Part shown: positions 1 to 12,799 of the stretch, piece after piece
Layout of the letters: the number at the start of each line of letters is the position of its first letter
Numbering within the stretch: the first letter of the stretch is position 1
Source: Macrostomum lignano
Lineage: Eukaryota
Assembly: GCA_002269645.1 (NCBI GenBank)
Contig: NIVC01000677.1
Coordinates: forward strand, 248,001 to 312,000
DNA: 64,000 bases
Direction of reading: 5' to 3'
Notes under the pieces: generated by a model
Databases searched by the model: none
Seen by the model: the letters and a program-made list of their open reading frames with translations, nothing else
Told to the model about the DNA's origin: nothing
Made by a program: the position numbers and the translations under genes

Positions 1-55
1 TAATTTGCCATCAAACAGTCCACCTCCAACACCAACCGACCCTTGAACCCTCCAG

Positions 56-1273
56 CGACTTGAAGAAGAACAAAGGAAACATCCTGAAGGCTTCGGTTGA
101 CTATATCCGGGAACTACAGGCTGAACAGATGAAACTGTCGGATCGGGTGGCCCAGTCGGAGACGCGGGCGGAGAAACTGGACCAGCTGTCTCGGGCTCTG
201 GCCATGCAGATTCAGGTCAGCTCACACTTATTGTGAAAGTCAGGCGTGTACTTTTACATTTGTCTTTGACCGCGATTGTTTAAATATGTATTATATTTGT
301 TATATATTCTTAAGATATATTTGTTTTAACGTGACACCTCACTGATGTATCCATATTATCAGTGACACATGCAGCCATATTATCAGTGACACATGCAGCA
401 TACAACACAGTGACACATGCAGCCATATTATCAGTGACACATGCAGCATACAGCCATATTGTCAGTGACACATGCAGCATACAGCCATATTGTCAGTGAC
501 ACATGCAGCATACAGCCATATTGTCAGTGACACATGCAGCATACAGCCATATTGTCAGTGACACATGCAGCATACAGCCATATTATCAGTGACACATGCA
601 GCATACAGCCATATTGTCAGTGACACATGCAGAATACAGCCATATTATCAGTGACACATGCAGCATACAGCCATATTATCAGTGACACATGCAGCATACA
701 GCCATATTGTCAGTGACACATGCAGAATACAGCCATATTATCAGTGACACATGCAGCATACAGCCATATTGTCAGTGACACATGCAGCATACAACACAGT
801 GACACATGCAGCATACAGCCATATTGTCAGTGACACATGCAGCATACAACACAGTGACACATGCAGCATACAGCCATATTGTCAGTGACACATGCAGCAT
901 TCAGTGCTCCAGCAAGCTAACTGGCTAAGCTAATCTTGCCGCCCCTCCCCCACCCCATGCGCAGAACATGCAGCAGACCCTATCAACCCACGGAGTTCAG
1001 TACCAACAAGCCAACAGTCTAGACGAAGGCGTTGTTCACGGCCTCCTCAACTTCCTAGTGAGCTCGTCGCCGTCCTCGTCGACTCGCGTGAAAGCCGAGC
1101 CCACAACTGGCCTGCAGCAGCAGCAGCAACAGCCAGTGTCTGCAGAACTTGCTTCTAGCTCTGTTAGCACCGCCGCCGCTGTTGTCGACGCCACCGACTG
1201 TTTGGCGCTTGTCGACTCTGACCCGATGCTCGGCTTCTCCGATGCCAACAGTCCGCTGTTCTCCGACCAATAG
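56..1273 (+). CDS. Mitf: MiT/TFE-family bHLH-ZIP transcription factor, last two coding exons (5' part outside window)
   Basis: Exon 56-215 reads DLKKNKGNILKASVDYIRELQAEQMKL...LAMQIQ, matching helix 2 and zipper of MITF/TFE (NKGTILKASVDYIRKLQ). A phase-0 GT-AG intron (216-964) joins exon 965-1273 (NMQQTLSTHGV...DPML...stop). Confidence 0.85.
351..905. repeat. 31-bp intronic minisatellite (gcagcatacagccatattgtcagtgacacat)n
   Basis: About 18 near-identical tandem units inside the Mitf intron. Confidence 0.95.
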
Positions 1274-3311
1274 GAGGATTTTGATGTCCGCAAAGTGTCT
1301 CTTCAGACTGCTCGAAAATTACTCAGATTTGAGTCTCGCGTGCAAAAGAAGTGAAGGAAACCGCAATCTGTTTCTCTACCGCTCGGGCATTGTCTGTGCT
1401 CAGGTAGGTTTGTAAATATATATTTTTAAATATTGATTTCGTCTCCTAATTCTAAATCACCAAAATTATACTTTGCCAATGTTCTCGTTCAGCTGCCTAC
1501 TTATAGTAGCAGCAGTCTTAGAATTTGTACAGACAGTATTTTATCGCATATCGGTATGTATTTATTGTGGCTTGAGCTTGGCAAATCTATTAGATCTGTT
1601 GTGCACCTGTTTGGAAACAAAACCAACTGCTTTCTCTCGCAGAGATTAATCTCATTAAGCCCCATTTCGAATGTAGAAAATGCAATGCACCACTGTATGT
1701 TTTTACCTGCAGTTGGCGCTGCTCATTGCTGCTCATTTGTTATTCTTATCCAGCAATCCACAGTTTTTTGTGTTTATTGTCAATTTTTCTGTGTGTACAG
1801 TTGGTCAGAATTTGTAATTTCATTTTTAATAAAGCTTGCCTGACTCACTACATGATTTTGTACATTCTGTAAATATTGCGACTCGCTCACATGACAGCCA
1901 ACTTCTTTATCTAGCTCCAATATTAATCTGAGTTGAGATTTCTCTATCATTTATCCGTCACCTTTGCAATGCAGGTTTGTGCCTTTTTGGTCCTGTTTTT
2001 ACTTGACTTAACAATTACAGTTGCGGCATTCTGCTAACACTATTGGAGGGGGGCAGAGCAGCCAGCGGTCTGGCTCTCGAGCCAATTAGATTCACAGCCA
2101 TGAAGGCCAGCTCCCAAGCTCAGGAGTCAGCGGACTGGGCGATGTGGGACGATTTCGCTTGCAACTGTGATAATTAGTTGCACATTTTTGAAGAGTTGCA
2201 GACACTCTTGGGAAAAAGCCAAAAGCAAGTGCGGTCACTGCCTACTAATGTCAGTAGTTTGTTAGCACATATTCTGCGCCAATCGTATGGAGTTGCTGCT
2301 TTATTCAATTAGATGTGTTCAGCTGTTCTGTGCAGTTATTTATTACAATGGATTTTGCTGTTCGATTCTTTGTCCTTCAATGTGCCGCCATTTGTGTAGC
2401 TTTCGCGTTTTAACTCTAAATTTTCTTAGTATTCGATGTGCTCTGTTGCTTTTTTATGTAATGCTTCCTAGCTGTTCATTTCTTGTAAAGTTATTCACGT
2501 ATATTTGAATAATAAATTTGTTTAACTGTTTAACCGCCATAAGCTTAACAATTATATACAGAGAGATTATAACTGGCTATTTTGACCTTTGTGTGTCATC
2601 CAGTTTCAGTGTTAACATTGCCTTGTTCGTCTCTATGTATTTCTTATTTATTTCTATTATAGCTCGGGTCGCCAGTCCAGTGCGTTAGTGCATTCAAATC
2701 TAGCGCTGTAAGTTAAGCAGAGATGGCTGTGGTTAGGCAGCAGCCCCAGTGATTCCAGCTGTTTAGCTGCTGTAGAAATAGTTGCTTTGGGCGGGATCCT
2801 CTATTTAATTTAACGACTGCCTTTTGCTTTAGCAAAACCCAGACATCTCCACGAGATTTCTCCTAGTTTCTTTTTTCTCGCCAAATTATCAGCAAACAAG
2901 CAAGTATTCCTTTAAGAAGATTTTTTATTTTTAGTATAGTGGATAATATACTCGTATCTGTCCTTGATCACCAGCCTGAAGAGCCTTCGAGTGGGGACCC
3001 AGATTTGCTGACCCCTCAGCACGCACAGACACATCATGTACCCCGTCTGTGCCTTGGGTTGTTAACCGCGCGACAAGCCCCAACACCAAATTAGGGTGGC
3101 CTGAGGCTGTGACGCAAGGGTGGGACTCGTGTTAACTGCATAGCTACTGAGGCATTCAGGTTGCCCGTTCTCATTAGAGGACTACGAGCGAACGTGCCAT
3201 TGGCAAAGGCTGGGAATGATGAAATGTGTCCATTTATCATGCATTTGTGAGAGCGAGATTATTAGTGTAAGCGATTTGTGTAAACTAACTACTCGAAGCA
3301 AACAGCGCCTC

Positions 3312-3985
3312 CCGTAAGCCTTGACATCTCAGCAATCCCCCCCCCCCGTCAGCCTTGACATCTCAGCAATTCCCCCCCGTCAGCCTTGACATCTCAGCAA
3401 TTCCTCCCCGTCAGCCTTGACATCTCAGCAATTCCCCCCCGTCAGCCTTGACATCTCAGCAATTCCTCCCCGTCAGCCTTGACATCTCAGCAATTCCCCC
3501 CCGTCAGCCTTGACATCTCAGCAATTCCTCCCCGTCAGCCTTGACATCTCAGCAATTCCCCCCCCGTCAGCCTTGACATCTCAGCAATTCCTCCCCGTCA
3601 GCCTTGACATCTCAGCAATTCCTCCCCGTCAGCCTTGACATCTCAGCAATTCCCCCCGTCAGCCTTGACATCTCAGCAATTCCTCGCCGTCAGCCTTGAC
3701 ATCTCAGCAATTCCCCCCGTCAGCCTTGACATCTCAGCAATTCCCCCCCCGTCAGCCTTGACATCTCAGCAATTCCCCCGTCAGCCTTGACATCTCAGCA
3801 ATTCCTCCCCGTCAGCCTTGACATCTCAGCAATTCCCCCCGTCAGCCTTGACATCTCAGCAATTCCCCCCGTCAGCCTTGACATCTCAGCAATATCCCCC
3901 GTCAGCCTTGACATCTCAGCAATTCCCCCCGTCAGCCTTGACATCTCAGCAATTCCCCCCGTCAGCCTTGACATCTCAGCAATTT
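3312..3985. repeat. ~30-bp minisatellite (ccccccgtcagccttgacatctcagcaatt)n
   Basis: About 22 tandem units; variation is mostly in the C-run length. Confidence 0.95.
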
Positions 3986-4916
3986 TATGTTTGACATAAC
4001 AATTATTTTATGTTTTCTTCTTTTCTGACTTTTCTTTACATGAAGAACTTTTAATAAAAAGAATATCTACACTCTCGAAATTCGAACCCTATTAGGATTA
4101 GTTACGTAAGCTATTACCGTAAACTATTACACTATAGGCTGTGTGTAAACTATTAGTGTAAACAAGCTAGTAGTGTAGTGTGGTAGTGGGAATCAGTTCT
4201 CTATATAATCAATATTTAGCTTTTAATAGACATTTTCAGACAGTTCACTCGGTGCAAAATGTCAGTAGGTTTACGAGCTAATATTGTGGATTGCTGGTTA
4301 GTTAACCAATCTATTTAATTAATGACTTATCTAATGTTTTAATGCGACATTCGACTGAAGTATACATATTGAGCAGCTACAATAGTGAATGAGACAGCAT
4401 TGGAATGTCGATTGCTTACACGCGGTATTCTCATTGACTGCAGTGCATTGGCCTCTAGGTACACTTGAGCAAGGCAAAATTAATTGTCAAGGCTGTACAT
4501 TTGACTGCCTCGGAATTTACAGTCAGCTGCAATTGCGTCAGCTGAAGGACTTTAATCCGCACTTTTAATCTCTCTCTCTCCTCTCGTTTCTCACCGAAGA
4601 GAAGCGAAGCATTTCGCTCTTCTACCGGCCAGGGATTCGGCTGCACAATGCAATGGAATCTGCTTTGGAGAGGGAGCGAAACAGGCCAACAGAACTGGAT
4701 CGGGAGCTTTGTGTCTGTTTTTGCCTCAGCCTTCAGCTCAGCTATAATTGCTTCTTTTACAGTTTGCGCTGGCCATTGGGGGGAATTGCGGCCCTACTCT
4801 CTCGTTCCCTTCCGCAATTGCGCACTTGCAGATATTATTAATGGCTGGGCAAGTGGCTCTGCTTACTAAATACGCTGTTTCCCTATAGTTAAGACACAGA
4901 CAGATACAGTAGCAGC

Positions 4917-7348
4917 ATGGAGACTGTCAAACAAGAAGCCGCTTCACCGTCGGTGCAGCCGGACGATTGCCTGTCCTGCTGCGTTGACACCTGCATTGAC
5001 AGCCTGCTGGAGGTGAAGCGGGCGGCGGCGGCGGCTTCGGGACCTGTCATTGACGAGGCAATGACGCGGGATGCTGAAAGGCAGCGGCTGGCTCGGATTG
5101 AAGCCAATTTAGCCTGGCTGATGGAGCAGAAGGTGCGTGCGGCCGGGTTTTTATAAAATTGGAATTCTCAGAGTTTATTCCTTTAGCACATGTTGTCCTG
5201 CAGTTTTTTTTAAAAAAATGCAAAAATGCAAAAGTAGGCATTCTGTGTTGTAGCTTGCTCCAGACCAAAGAAAAGGCATATATGCTCCCAAAAGCATTCT
5301 CCATCAGAGAAAGTTGCAGTAAACAATACATGTAGACAGACAAAAGCTTAAGGGCAAAGAAGCCACTCAGTAAATAAAGTTTTAAAGTCTTACTTCTGTC
5401 AATATCGTCAAAGGTCGTATTTTATGTACATTTGGCTTCCGTGATTTCAGAAAGACATTTGAAAGTTGACTACTACAAGTAGTGCAGAGAGGAAGCGCCG
5501 GAATCGGAACCGAGCCAACTCTCTAAGGATTAATGGGATTTTGTGCAAATTAATTGGCTCTAGAATGGCTACGAGTTCGAAGTATCATTTCCCTCCACTT
5601 GAGCAGTGCTCACCCGACCTCCGCTGCCTCTTCCAGCGCGAGCTCAGCGCCAGTGGCGCCGACCTGCTCCGCCAGCTGCGGGCCTGCAGCCGCGTGGCCG
5701 GCCAGATTCGGGCCCTGCAGACGGCGGGTGGGGCTGCACCTCCTCCGACTGTCGAGCCACCGCGGCCTCAGCGGGAGGCGGAGAGTCGCCAACAGTTGCA
5801 GCAGCAGCAGCAGCCTCCGCCGCCGCCGTCGCCGCCAACACAGCAGCTGCGCAGTGATCAATTTCTACAGTCGAGTTCACTCCGTCATCGTCTCCTGAAG
5901 CCTCCGCAGCAGCCGATGCAGCATCGACACTGCCAGCCTCCGATGCCTCATCAACTGCTACAGCAGCAGCAACAGCAAAAACAGCAGCAACAGCAAAAAC
6001 AACAGCAACAACAACAACCTGTAAGGTAAAGATATGCTCTTGATTCTGTCTGTCCACTGTCCCATGCTTTTTTATTTTCGGCTCCATGAGTTTTGAGTCA
6101 TGCCTCAACTCATTCAATCGGCTATGGAGTCGATCGTTGGTGTTATGCTCGGACATGAATTGATTGACTAGTTAGATCTCCTCTCCTCTCCTCTCCTCTC
6201 CCCTCTTCTCCCCTCCTCTCCTCTTCTCTCCTCTCCTCTCCTCTCCCCTCCTCTCCTCTCCTCTCCTCTTCTCTCCTCTCCTCTCCTCTCCTCTCCCTCC
6301 TCTCCTCTCCTCTCCTTTTCTCTTCTCTCCTCTCCTCTTCTCTCCTCTCCTCTCCTCTCCTCTCCTCTCCCCTCCTCTCCTCTCCTCTTCTTTCCTCTTC
6401 TCTCCTCTCCTCTTCTCTCCTCTCCTCTCCTCTTCTCTGCTCTCCTCTCCTCTCCTCTCCTCTCCTCTTCTCTCCTCTCCCCTCCTCTCCTATCCTCTCC
6501 TTTCCTCTTCTCTCCTCTCCTCTCCTCTCCTCTCCTCTCCTCTCCCCTCCTCTCCTCTCCTCTCCTTTTCTCTTCTCTCCTCTCCTCTTCTCTCCTCTCT
6601 CTCTCCTCTCCTCTCCTCTCCCCTCCTCTCCTCTCCTCTTCTTTCCTCTTCTCTCCTCTCCTCTTCTCTCCTCTCCTCTCCTCTTCTCTGCTCTCCTCTC
6701 CTCTCCTCTCCTCTCCTCTTCTCTCCTCTCCCCTCCTCTCCTCTCCTCTCCTTTCCTCTTCTCTCCTCTCCTCTCCTCTCCTCTCCTCTCCTCTCCTCTC
6801 CTCTCCTCTCCTCTCCTCTCCTCTCCTCTCCTCTCCTCTCCTCTTCTCTCCTCTCCTTTCCTCTCCTCTTCTCTCCTCTCCTCTTCTCTCCTCTCCTCTT
6901 CCCTCCTCTCCTCTCCTCTCCTCTCCCCTCCTGCTTCTTTTCTCTGGAGAGACCCAAAAATCATTAGCGTTCCTCTCCGCGCTGCCCAACCCTCCTCAGA
7001 GTCGCCGGTCCAAAGCAGCAGCCGCAGCCGCGCCGCCGGCATCACACCGAATCGGCAACTGTTGTCGGCGGCGAACTCAGCGGCAGCCGCCGACTCAGCC
7101 GGTCGCCGCACCAGTTGGTGGCAGTCAGCGGCTCCGATCTGGACGTTCTGTGGCGTCGGAGTCAGCAGCAGGTCGCTGCGGCAGCCTTGCCTGTTGGACA
7201 GCAGCAGCAGCATCAGCGCCCTCGGATGCAGCTGTTCCTGCGATTCGGTGGCGGACCCGACCGCCTTGGCAACCCAGCTGGCGAGGTCCGGAAGTCATTC
7301 AGCGCTATTGGCAGCGTCGGCAGAGGCGCCGTCAGAACCCTGGTGTAG
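4917..7348 (+). CDS. Putative multi-exon orphan gene, coiled-coil and Q/P-rich; exon joining uncertain
   Basis: Candidate exons: 4917-5132 (METVKQE..., donor AAG|GTGCGT), ~5565-6020 (MATSSKY...poly-Q, donor GTAAGG) and 6968-7348 (after cattAG, phase 0). No known domain. The exon1-exon2 phase is unresolved and all three frames of the last exon are open. Confidence 0.35.
6179..6930. repeat. (CTCCT)n polypyrimidine microsatellite
   Basis: About 750 bp of almost pure C/T pentamer repeats. Confidence 0.97.
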
Positions 7349-7479
7349 CTGGTGGTTAGCGCGCTGCCTGCGACTGTAGTTTTAGTTGTTACTAGAGTAT
7401 TGGCTTCCATGCCCAAGGGTTCATTGATGAGAGCTGGCTGTGCTGGTGCTCTGGGTAGCTTGCAGGTCCTTAACTAGGT

Positions 7480-7900
7480 TGCCTCTCCCTCCCTCCAGGT
7501 CCTTCTGGGAGGATGCCTCACCCTCCCTCCAGGCCCCTCTGGTAAGATGCCTCACAACTCCCTCCAGGCCCCTCTGGTAAGATGCCTTACCCTCCCTCCA
7601 GGCCTCTCTGGTAAGATGCCTCACCCTCCCTCCAGGTCCTTTTTTAGGATGCCTCACCCTCCCTCCAGGTCCTTTTTTAGGATGCCTCACCCTCCCTCCA
7701 GGTCCTTTTTTAGGATGCCTCACCCTCCCTCCAGGTCCTTTTTTAGGATGCCTCACCCTCCCTCCAGGCCCCTCTGGTAAGATGCCTCACCCTCCCTCCA
7801 GGCCCCTCTGGTAGGATGCCTCACCCTCCCTCCAGGCCCCTCTGGTAGGATGCCTCACCCTCCCTCCAGGCCCTTCTGGCAGAGTGCCTCACCCTCCCTG
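7480..7900. repeat. 33-bp minisatellite (gatgcctcaccctccctccaggtccttttttag)n
   Basis: About 12 tandem units with two sequence variants. Confidence 0.92.
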
Positions 7901-8295
7901 CACACCCGACAGGCTCTACAGGTTTTTTGTGTATAATGGTACAATAATTTCAATAACTTTATTAACCCTCTGTCGTTTTCACTTTATTAAATTTTGGTTA
8001 TCGTTGTACAGAGTTTGGAATTTGAAACAATTTTATTGAAAATCTATGGTTTCAGAGCAACACACCTGTGATAATGCAAGGAATAGGGCCTTAGTTACAC
8101 TGAACTGCTCAACTTCTAAAGAGGTGTGTAATAATTGTTTGCAATTTCGCGTCGCTTGTTGCTACTTAAGTATAATACCAAGCGTCTTATGACACACAGC
8201 CGTTTAATTATCCGTGGAAACGGTTAAAAAAGTTCCTTTAACGAGGAATGTTAAGTACGAGCGTAAGGTTATTTTCTCTTTTTTATGAGCTGGCT

Positions 8296-8385
8296 ACATC
8301 GTTCTTGGGTGGGTCACATCGGTCTTGGGTGGGTCACATCAGTCTTGGGTGGGTCACATCGGTCTTGGATGGGTCACATCAGTGA
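8296..8385. repeat. Short 20-bp tandem repeat (cacatcggtcttgggtgggt)
   Basis: 4-5 near-identical units. Confidence 0.85.
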
Positions 8386-9514
8386 TGGGCAGTTAACATG
8401 AATCTGAGGTGTCACTGAGGCAGTCACAAAGTATATCCAATGGGGAAATAATTACATATAATTACGTATACAATTCTTCGGGGGGGGGGGTCAACGCTTG
8501 CAATTCGATTGGATATACTTGTGTAGCACATATGGCTTGTACCATGGCTTTCTGCGTGGGGGGAATACCTGTGTCTGTTAATAGCCACTGACCCATTAAC
8601 GAGCGGCAGAGAAAAGCAGTTGATGCAACTATAGCTGTCTATGGCCAAAACTCTGTTAACCGCCCGCAAACCACCCACAGTTTCTTTATAGAAAACATAG
8701 TCTATGGCCTCAAGTGGGGAATTCGCCGCCACACCCCACACCCTCACTCAAAAAGTGTAGCTTAGGTTATCTATGGTACAATGTCCTTAATACACGTGCT
8801 TTAAGGGCGTTGATCAGAGACTCCAAGGGCGCTGCTACACTATATATTTATCGCAATTGTTGAGAAGTAAATAATAAACAAATAATTAGCCGCGCTTAAT
8901 TACTGCTACAAGTAGTTTAATACAGATAACTTTCTGCAAATTAACTAGTGCTACAAAAATAGAAAGTGCTAAACTGTGTGAATTTTTGCTTCTAAATCGC
9001 CGTTTGTGTTGGTGAAACACTTATGCTGAAACAGTACGATCTACCTTTCTGAAAAAATATGCATGGCTGCAATATATGAATATCCATTAATGGCTACTTG
9101 CAGTACGTAAAATGTGTTTCGGCTCGTAATAGCAATCGAAATTGGGGTGAATTGAAAGGTTGCCTGACCTTCTCAATATACTCGTACATGATGTCAGTTG
9201 TTCTGTCTACCTGGCGGACTGTCTGTAATAGGCTTAACTAAAAATATATAATTTCGGAGCTGTGGGGTGAAAACTTGACTTTAACGATGGCCGACCAGAT
9301 AAATTTGGGTTTTTGTTGGCTCACCTGATGGGGTTGATCATCATGGGATGTTAGACAACCCCCGATGGGATAATCATGTGATGTATCCCATTATCTGTTG
9401 GCCGGAATAATTTGTGGATCCAAGCGAATCATGCGATATGGAAACCTACAGATTTTTACGAGTATTTCATAGTGAAAGTTATTCGCTCAATATAGATATT
9501 GATTGACAGTCCTA

Positions 9515-10051
9515 TCACAGGTAGCGGCTGGTGTACGGTCGGTAGTAACAGCTGGTCCTAGCGCCTTCAGCCAGCAGTTCGTCAACCGCGGCAGTCGCGG
9601 CGGCCGAAGCTCGCCGACTCCGCAGTAGTCGTTTTGTCGCCAACTCGCCGTCGCCGTATTTGCGCATCCCCTCGGCGTAGCCGCGCAGATAATCGCCGTA
9701 ATAATCGTTGTAGCTGTAGTAGCCGCTGTACCAGGGTCTGTAGCGCCTGTAGTCGGCGTAGTAGTAGTTGTAGTAGTAGCTGCTGAACGGGTAGCCGTTC
9801 GGGTAGCGGCTCCAGTCCAGGTAGTAGCGGCTGGTCCGGTAGGTCGGGTAGGCAGCAGCTGGCGGCGGCTCCAGGTAGTAGGGCCAGCGCCTGTACTCAT
9901 AGTAGTGCTTAGCGCAGCAATAGGGAAAGCCGGCCAAACTGCAGGCGAAATTCGTGCCGCCTCCGTCCAGCTCGTCGGAAAGTGACTCCGACTTTCTGGA
10001 GTTCAATCGGTCAGCTGAGACTGCGCGCCTCATCCTCAGGCTGGTTGTCAT
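9515..10051 (-). CDS. Tyrosine-rich orphan protein (~178 aa)
   Basis: Open frame after acceptor ctgtcctgtccAG with ATG at 10051. About 33 Tyr, mostly TAC codons, with non-repetitive flanks (MTTSLRMRRAVSADR...; ...YRPYTSRYL*). Confidence 0.65.
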   Translation of the reverse strand: MTTSLRMRRAVSADRLNSRKSESLSDELDGGGTNFACSLAGFPYCCAKHYYEYRRWPYYLEPPPAAAYPTYRTSRYYLDWSRYPNGYPFSSYYYNYYYADYRRYRPWYSGYYSYNDYYGDYLRGYAEGMRKYGDGELATKRLLRSRRASAAATAAVDELLAEGARTSCYYRPYTSRYL

Positions 10052-10678
10052 GCTCACCTGGACAGGACAGCTGACCCTTACACTTGAAGTTTGGCGTTCT
10101 TTTTAATCAGGGCGGGCAGACCCAGCGTGCGAGCTTTTTGTGTGTTCAATTTTCTCTACTCCATTCCCTCCTTCTGCCGGCCTTATTGGCCTATCGTTGG
10201 TTAACCGCGCGGTCTCAGCATATGGAACCGGTTCAATCTGGTTCGTCCTGCCATCTTCTCTTCCCTTCCTGCCCAGCCTCCACTCAAGGCCGCCCATTGT
10301 GTGCGTGTGTTTGTGTGTGTGTGTGCGTGGTCAGAGCGTTTAGAAAAATCAGGTGGAGGCGACTAGAGACGGAGATCAGAAACATGGAGACCGCGATAAA
10401 CGAAGAATCTGGGATTGTTCTACTCGTATAGTGGAGCTGCTGCGTCATCTGTTACCGAAGTTATCATAACTTCTGTTTGGTCGAACCGAGTTCTATAAAC
10501 TTGGTCTGATTTTAAAGCTGAATAACCAATAATTTCAAGTTAAATATTATGAGCTCTTTTCGACAAAAGTTTCGCAAAAATGCCATCCTGAGATAGACGT
10601 CAAATTTCAAAGGTTGTGCTGTCTTTAATAGGCTCTATATCCTGTGAGAACTACAGAGAGAATTCATTCTGTCTTATA

Positions 10679-10945
10679 GGGGTTCCAGCCTAGTGGTTAG
10701 GGCGTCAGACTCACGACTTGAAGGTCGGCGGTTCGATTCCCGATCCCACTGGAACAATTTGTGTCCTTGAGCAAGACACTTAACTCTGCATTGCTTCAGT
10801 TCACCCAGCTGTAAAATGGGTGCCAGCATTAGCTGGGGTAATTGAGGCTGTGTGTGTGTGGCGACCCATCAGTCTTGAGACTGAACAGCCGTACGCAGCC
10901 TTCAGATGCGGGTTAAGGCAGGTGTAATCAATTATTTTTTATCAA
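10679..10945 (+). mobile_element. tRNA-derived SINE with CORE-like domain (family A, copy 1)
   Basis: A-box-like agcctagtggttagggcg and B-box ggttcgattccc, then gtgtccttgagcaagacacttaac...cttcagttcacccagctgtaaaatggg (MIR/CORE-like) and an AT tail. A second copy is at 15414. Confidence 0.85.
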
Positions 10946-11831
10946 TTACCAGTCTTAATGTGAGACCAAATAGAAAGCTGCGATACTTCAGTAAATTCTG
11001 TATTCCAGACTAACACTCCCGGCCTCCTTGGTAGTCGCAGGCCTGAAAACTGGGATAGAGACGGTTCTGTGGTAAACAGTCCAACCCCAGCTAAGCCCCC
11101 CCCGCTGCGTTGGCAAACACTGCCCATTCCCCAGCAGCTCCATCCTAGCCCTTGCAGTCTCACGGCCCTGCCAGCCTCTCTTGTTCAAAGACAATTAACG
11201 TCGATGAAGAGAGAGACTGAAGATGCCTATAGGGTCACAGCTTCTGAATTATTCTCAATGAGCGATGATGAAGTGGAGCCGGACTGCTAGCAGTTGAGCA
11301 CTTTGTGTTGAAAACTTTTAATTTAAATGAAATGCAAGACGCTAGAAAGCTTAACTGAAAAGAAAAAGCTCACCAAAAAAACTCTCACTTGACGGAAAGC
11401 ACCGAACTCTATACTGAGTCTGCCAATAGAATACATAGAGAGTTGGCCTCTTCTGAGCTGTTTGCTCTCGTGTAGGAGAGGAGATGGCGCAGTTTCTCTC
11501 GTAATTGCTTGCGGGTCATAAAACATTGAGCGCACAGCCCCTGGCTCAACTGCGCAAATGCTATAACTGTTAGCAAAGCTAGTCTTTCATAGCGACCTTG
11601 CATTCGCTCTGGCGACAGCCCCACCATGTCCGTTCCGCTGAACCTTGAGCACGTACAGGCACACAGTCCACCCTTCCGTGATGGGTAGATTTGCACCTGT
11701 GTCTCGCTGAGGCTGCGGGTTCCCTAAGCTGGATTGGCGGAGCCAATCCATGCAAATGATAGTGAGCCTTTGCAGAGAGGTGCCCCCTTATAGCTCCACT
11801 GAAGGTTGTGATCTTTTAGTTGGAGGCAGGG

Positions 11832-12190
11832 GACTGTGTGCACCCTGGTGCACCTTTAAGCGACATTGTCACACAACCAGCGAGAGGCATTGGTGCCCAT
11901 TCCGCCGACTCCCCTGAGCAGGCACACAAGCGCGCGGGTACGTACGCAGTCACACGCGCAGGCACACATTCATACAGAAGTGTACAGCGGCCCTAACTTT
12001 ATTTATTTATCGCTAGGCATGTACACTTCACTGTGCCTTTGGGGTTGGCCATCAAGCTTGGTGTTAATTGCTCGAGCAGAGCCAAGCCGAAATTCCAATT
12101 TAGCTCCAAATTAATGTGACTGCACTTGGAATCGAGCCTGGGCCGCTGGCACATCAGATCGCCGCGGCAGACCACTGGGCCACGGCCCTC
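11832..12190 (-). mobile_element. tRNA-headed SINE-like repeat (family B, copy 1)
   Basis: Reverse complement of 18958-19315 over ~360 bp. The head has tggcccagtgg (A box) and ggctcgattcc (B box). Confidence 0.8.
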
Positions 12191-12799
12191 CCGCTGAAGG
12201 TGGCCCGAGCACTGAAGGTGGCCCTCCCACTGACTCTTGGAGCACCCATCCCTGTTCCAGCGGCAGAGCCATCTCCGCGCTCGCATAATCTTGGCACCCC
12301 GTACTGGAGGAACAACTGCAAAGAATGGTAATTCGTAAAAATGTCAGACGGATATAAAAAGTAAGGTATAATGAACCCTGTTAGAGCTGAAGCTGCTATA
12401 CTTATCATATCAAAGATAGAAAGAGAATGCTGGCGATGGCGATGGCTTTCTTAGACTTGAAAGTTAAGCTAAGTTGGACGTGGTTAGTGTTAAGTGCTAC
12501 GAGGGTGCTACGTGCTACATGTAAATGGGATAATCCAAGAGGCAGTCTCGGTAGGGACGTTGACACCTGGCCGCCTTGCTGTGGCTCAGGCGTGCTTCTA
12601 CCTATTCTAGCTAGCTAGCTATTTGAGTAATCTCAAGCTAATTCTTTTGGTTCTTGCTCCGGCGGATTGATTTGGCTTAAAAATCTACGTTAAATAAAAA
12701 GTACTTTTACAAGAACACAAGAACAATACAACTATTTTCCAACGGTTTCTAGTGGTAACGACGGGGTATCAGAGCATCCAGAAAGCCTTAGTAAGTCAT

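Noticed and set aside
3120-3215. HDV-like ribozyme on the minus strand (tcctc...gggcaac)
   Set aside because: P1 has two mismatches, there is too little sequence for J1/2+P2+P3, L3 lacks the conserved G, and no catalytic C sits in J4/2. An Infernal search would settle it.
5644-6019. Minus-strand exon after a good-looking acceptor (ctttaccttacAG)
   Set aside because: The product is the Val/Ala antisense of CAG/CAA runs and no partner exons were found; the plus-strand reading is preferred but not proven.
6143-7213. Arg/Glu/Gly-rich ORFs (EERRG)n
   Set aside because: Artefact of the (CTCCT)n microsatellite.
10679-10750. tRNA gene
   Set aside because: A and B boxes are present, but the sequence continues into a SINE body shared with a second copy and lacks a clean acceptor stem and T-run terminator.
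11008-11290. Possible orphan plus-strand terminal exon (...SELFSMSDDEVEPDC*)
   Set aside because: No upstream exon or recognisable domain; it cannot be distinguished from a chance ORF.
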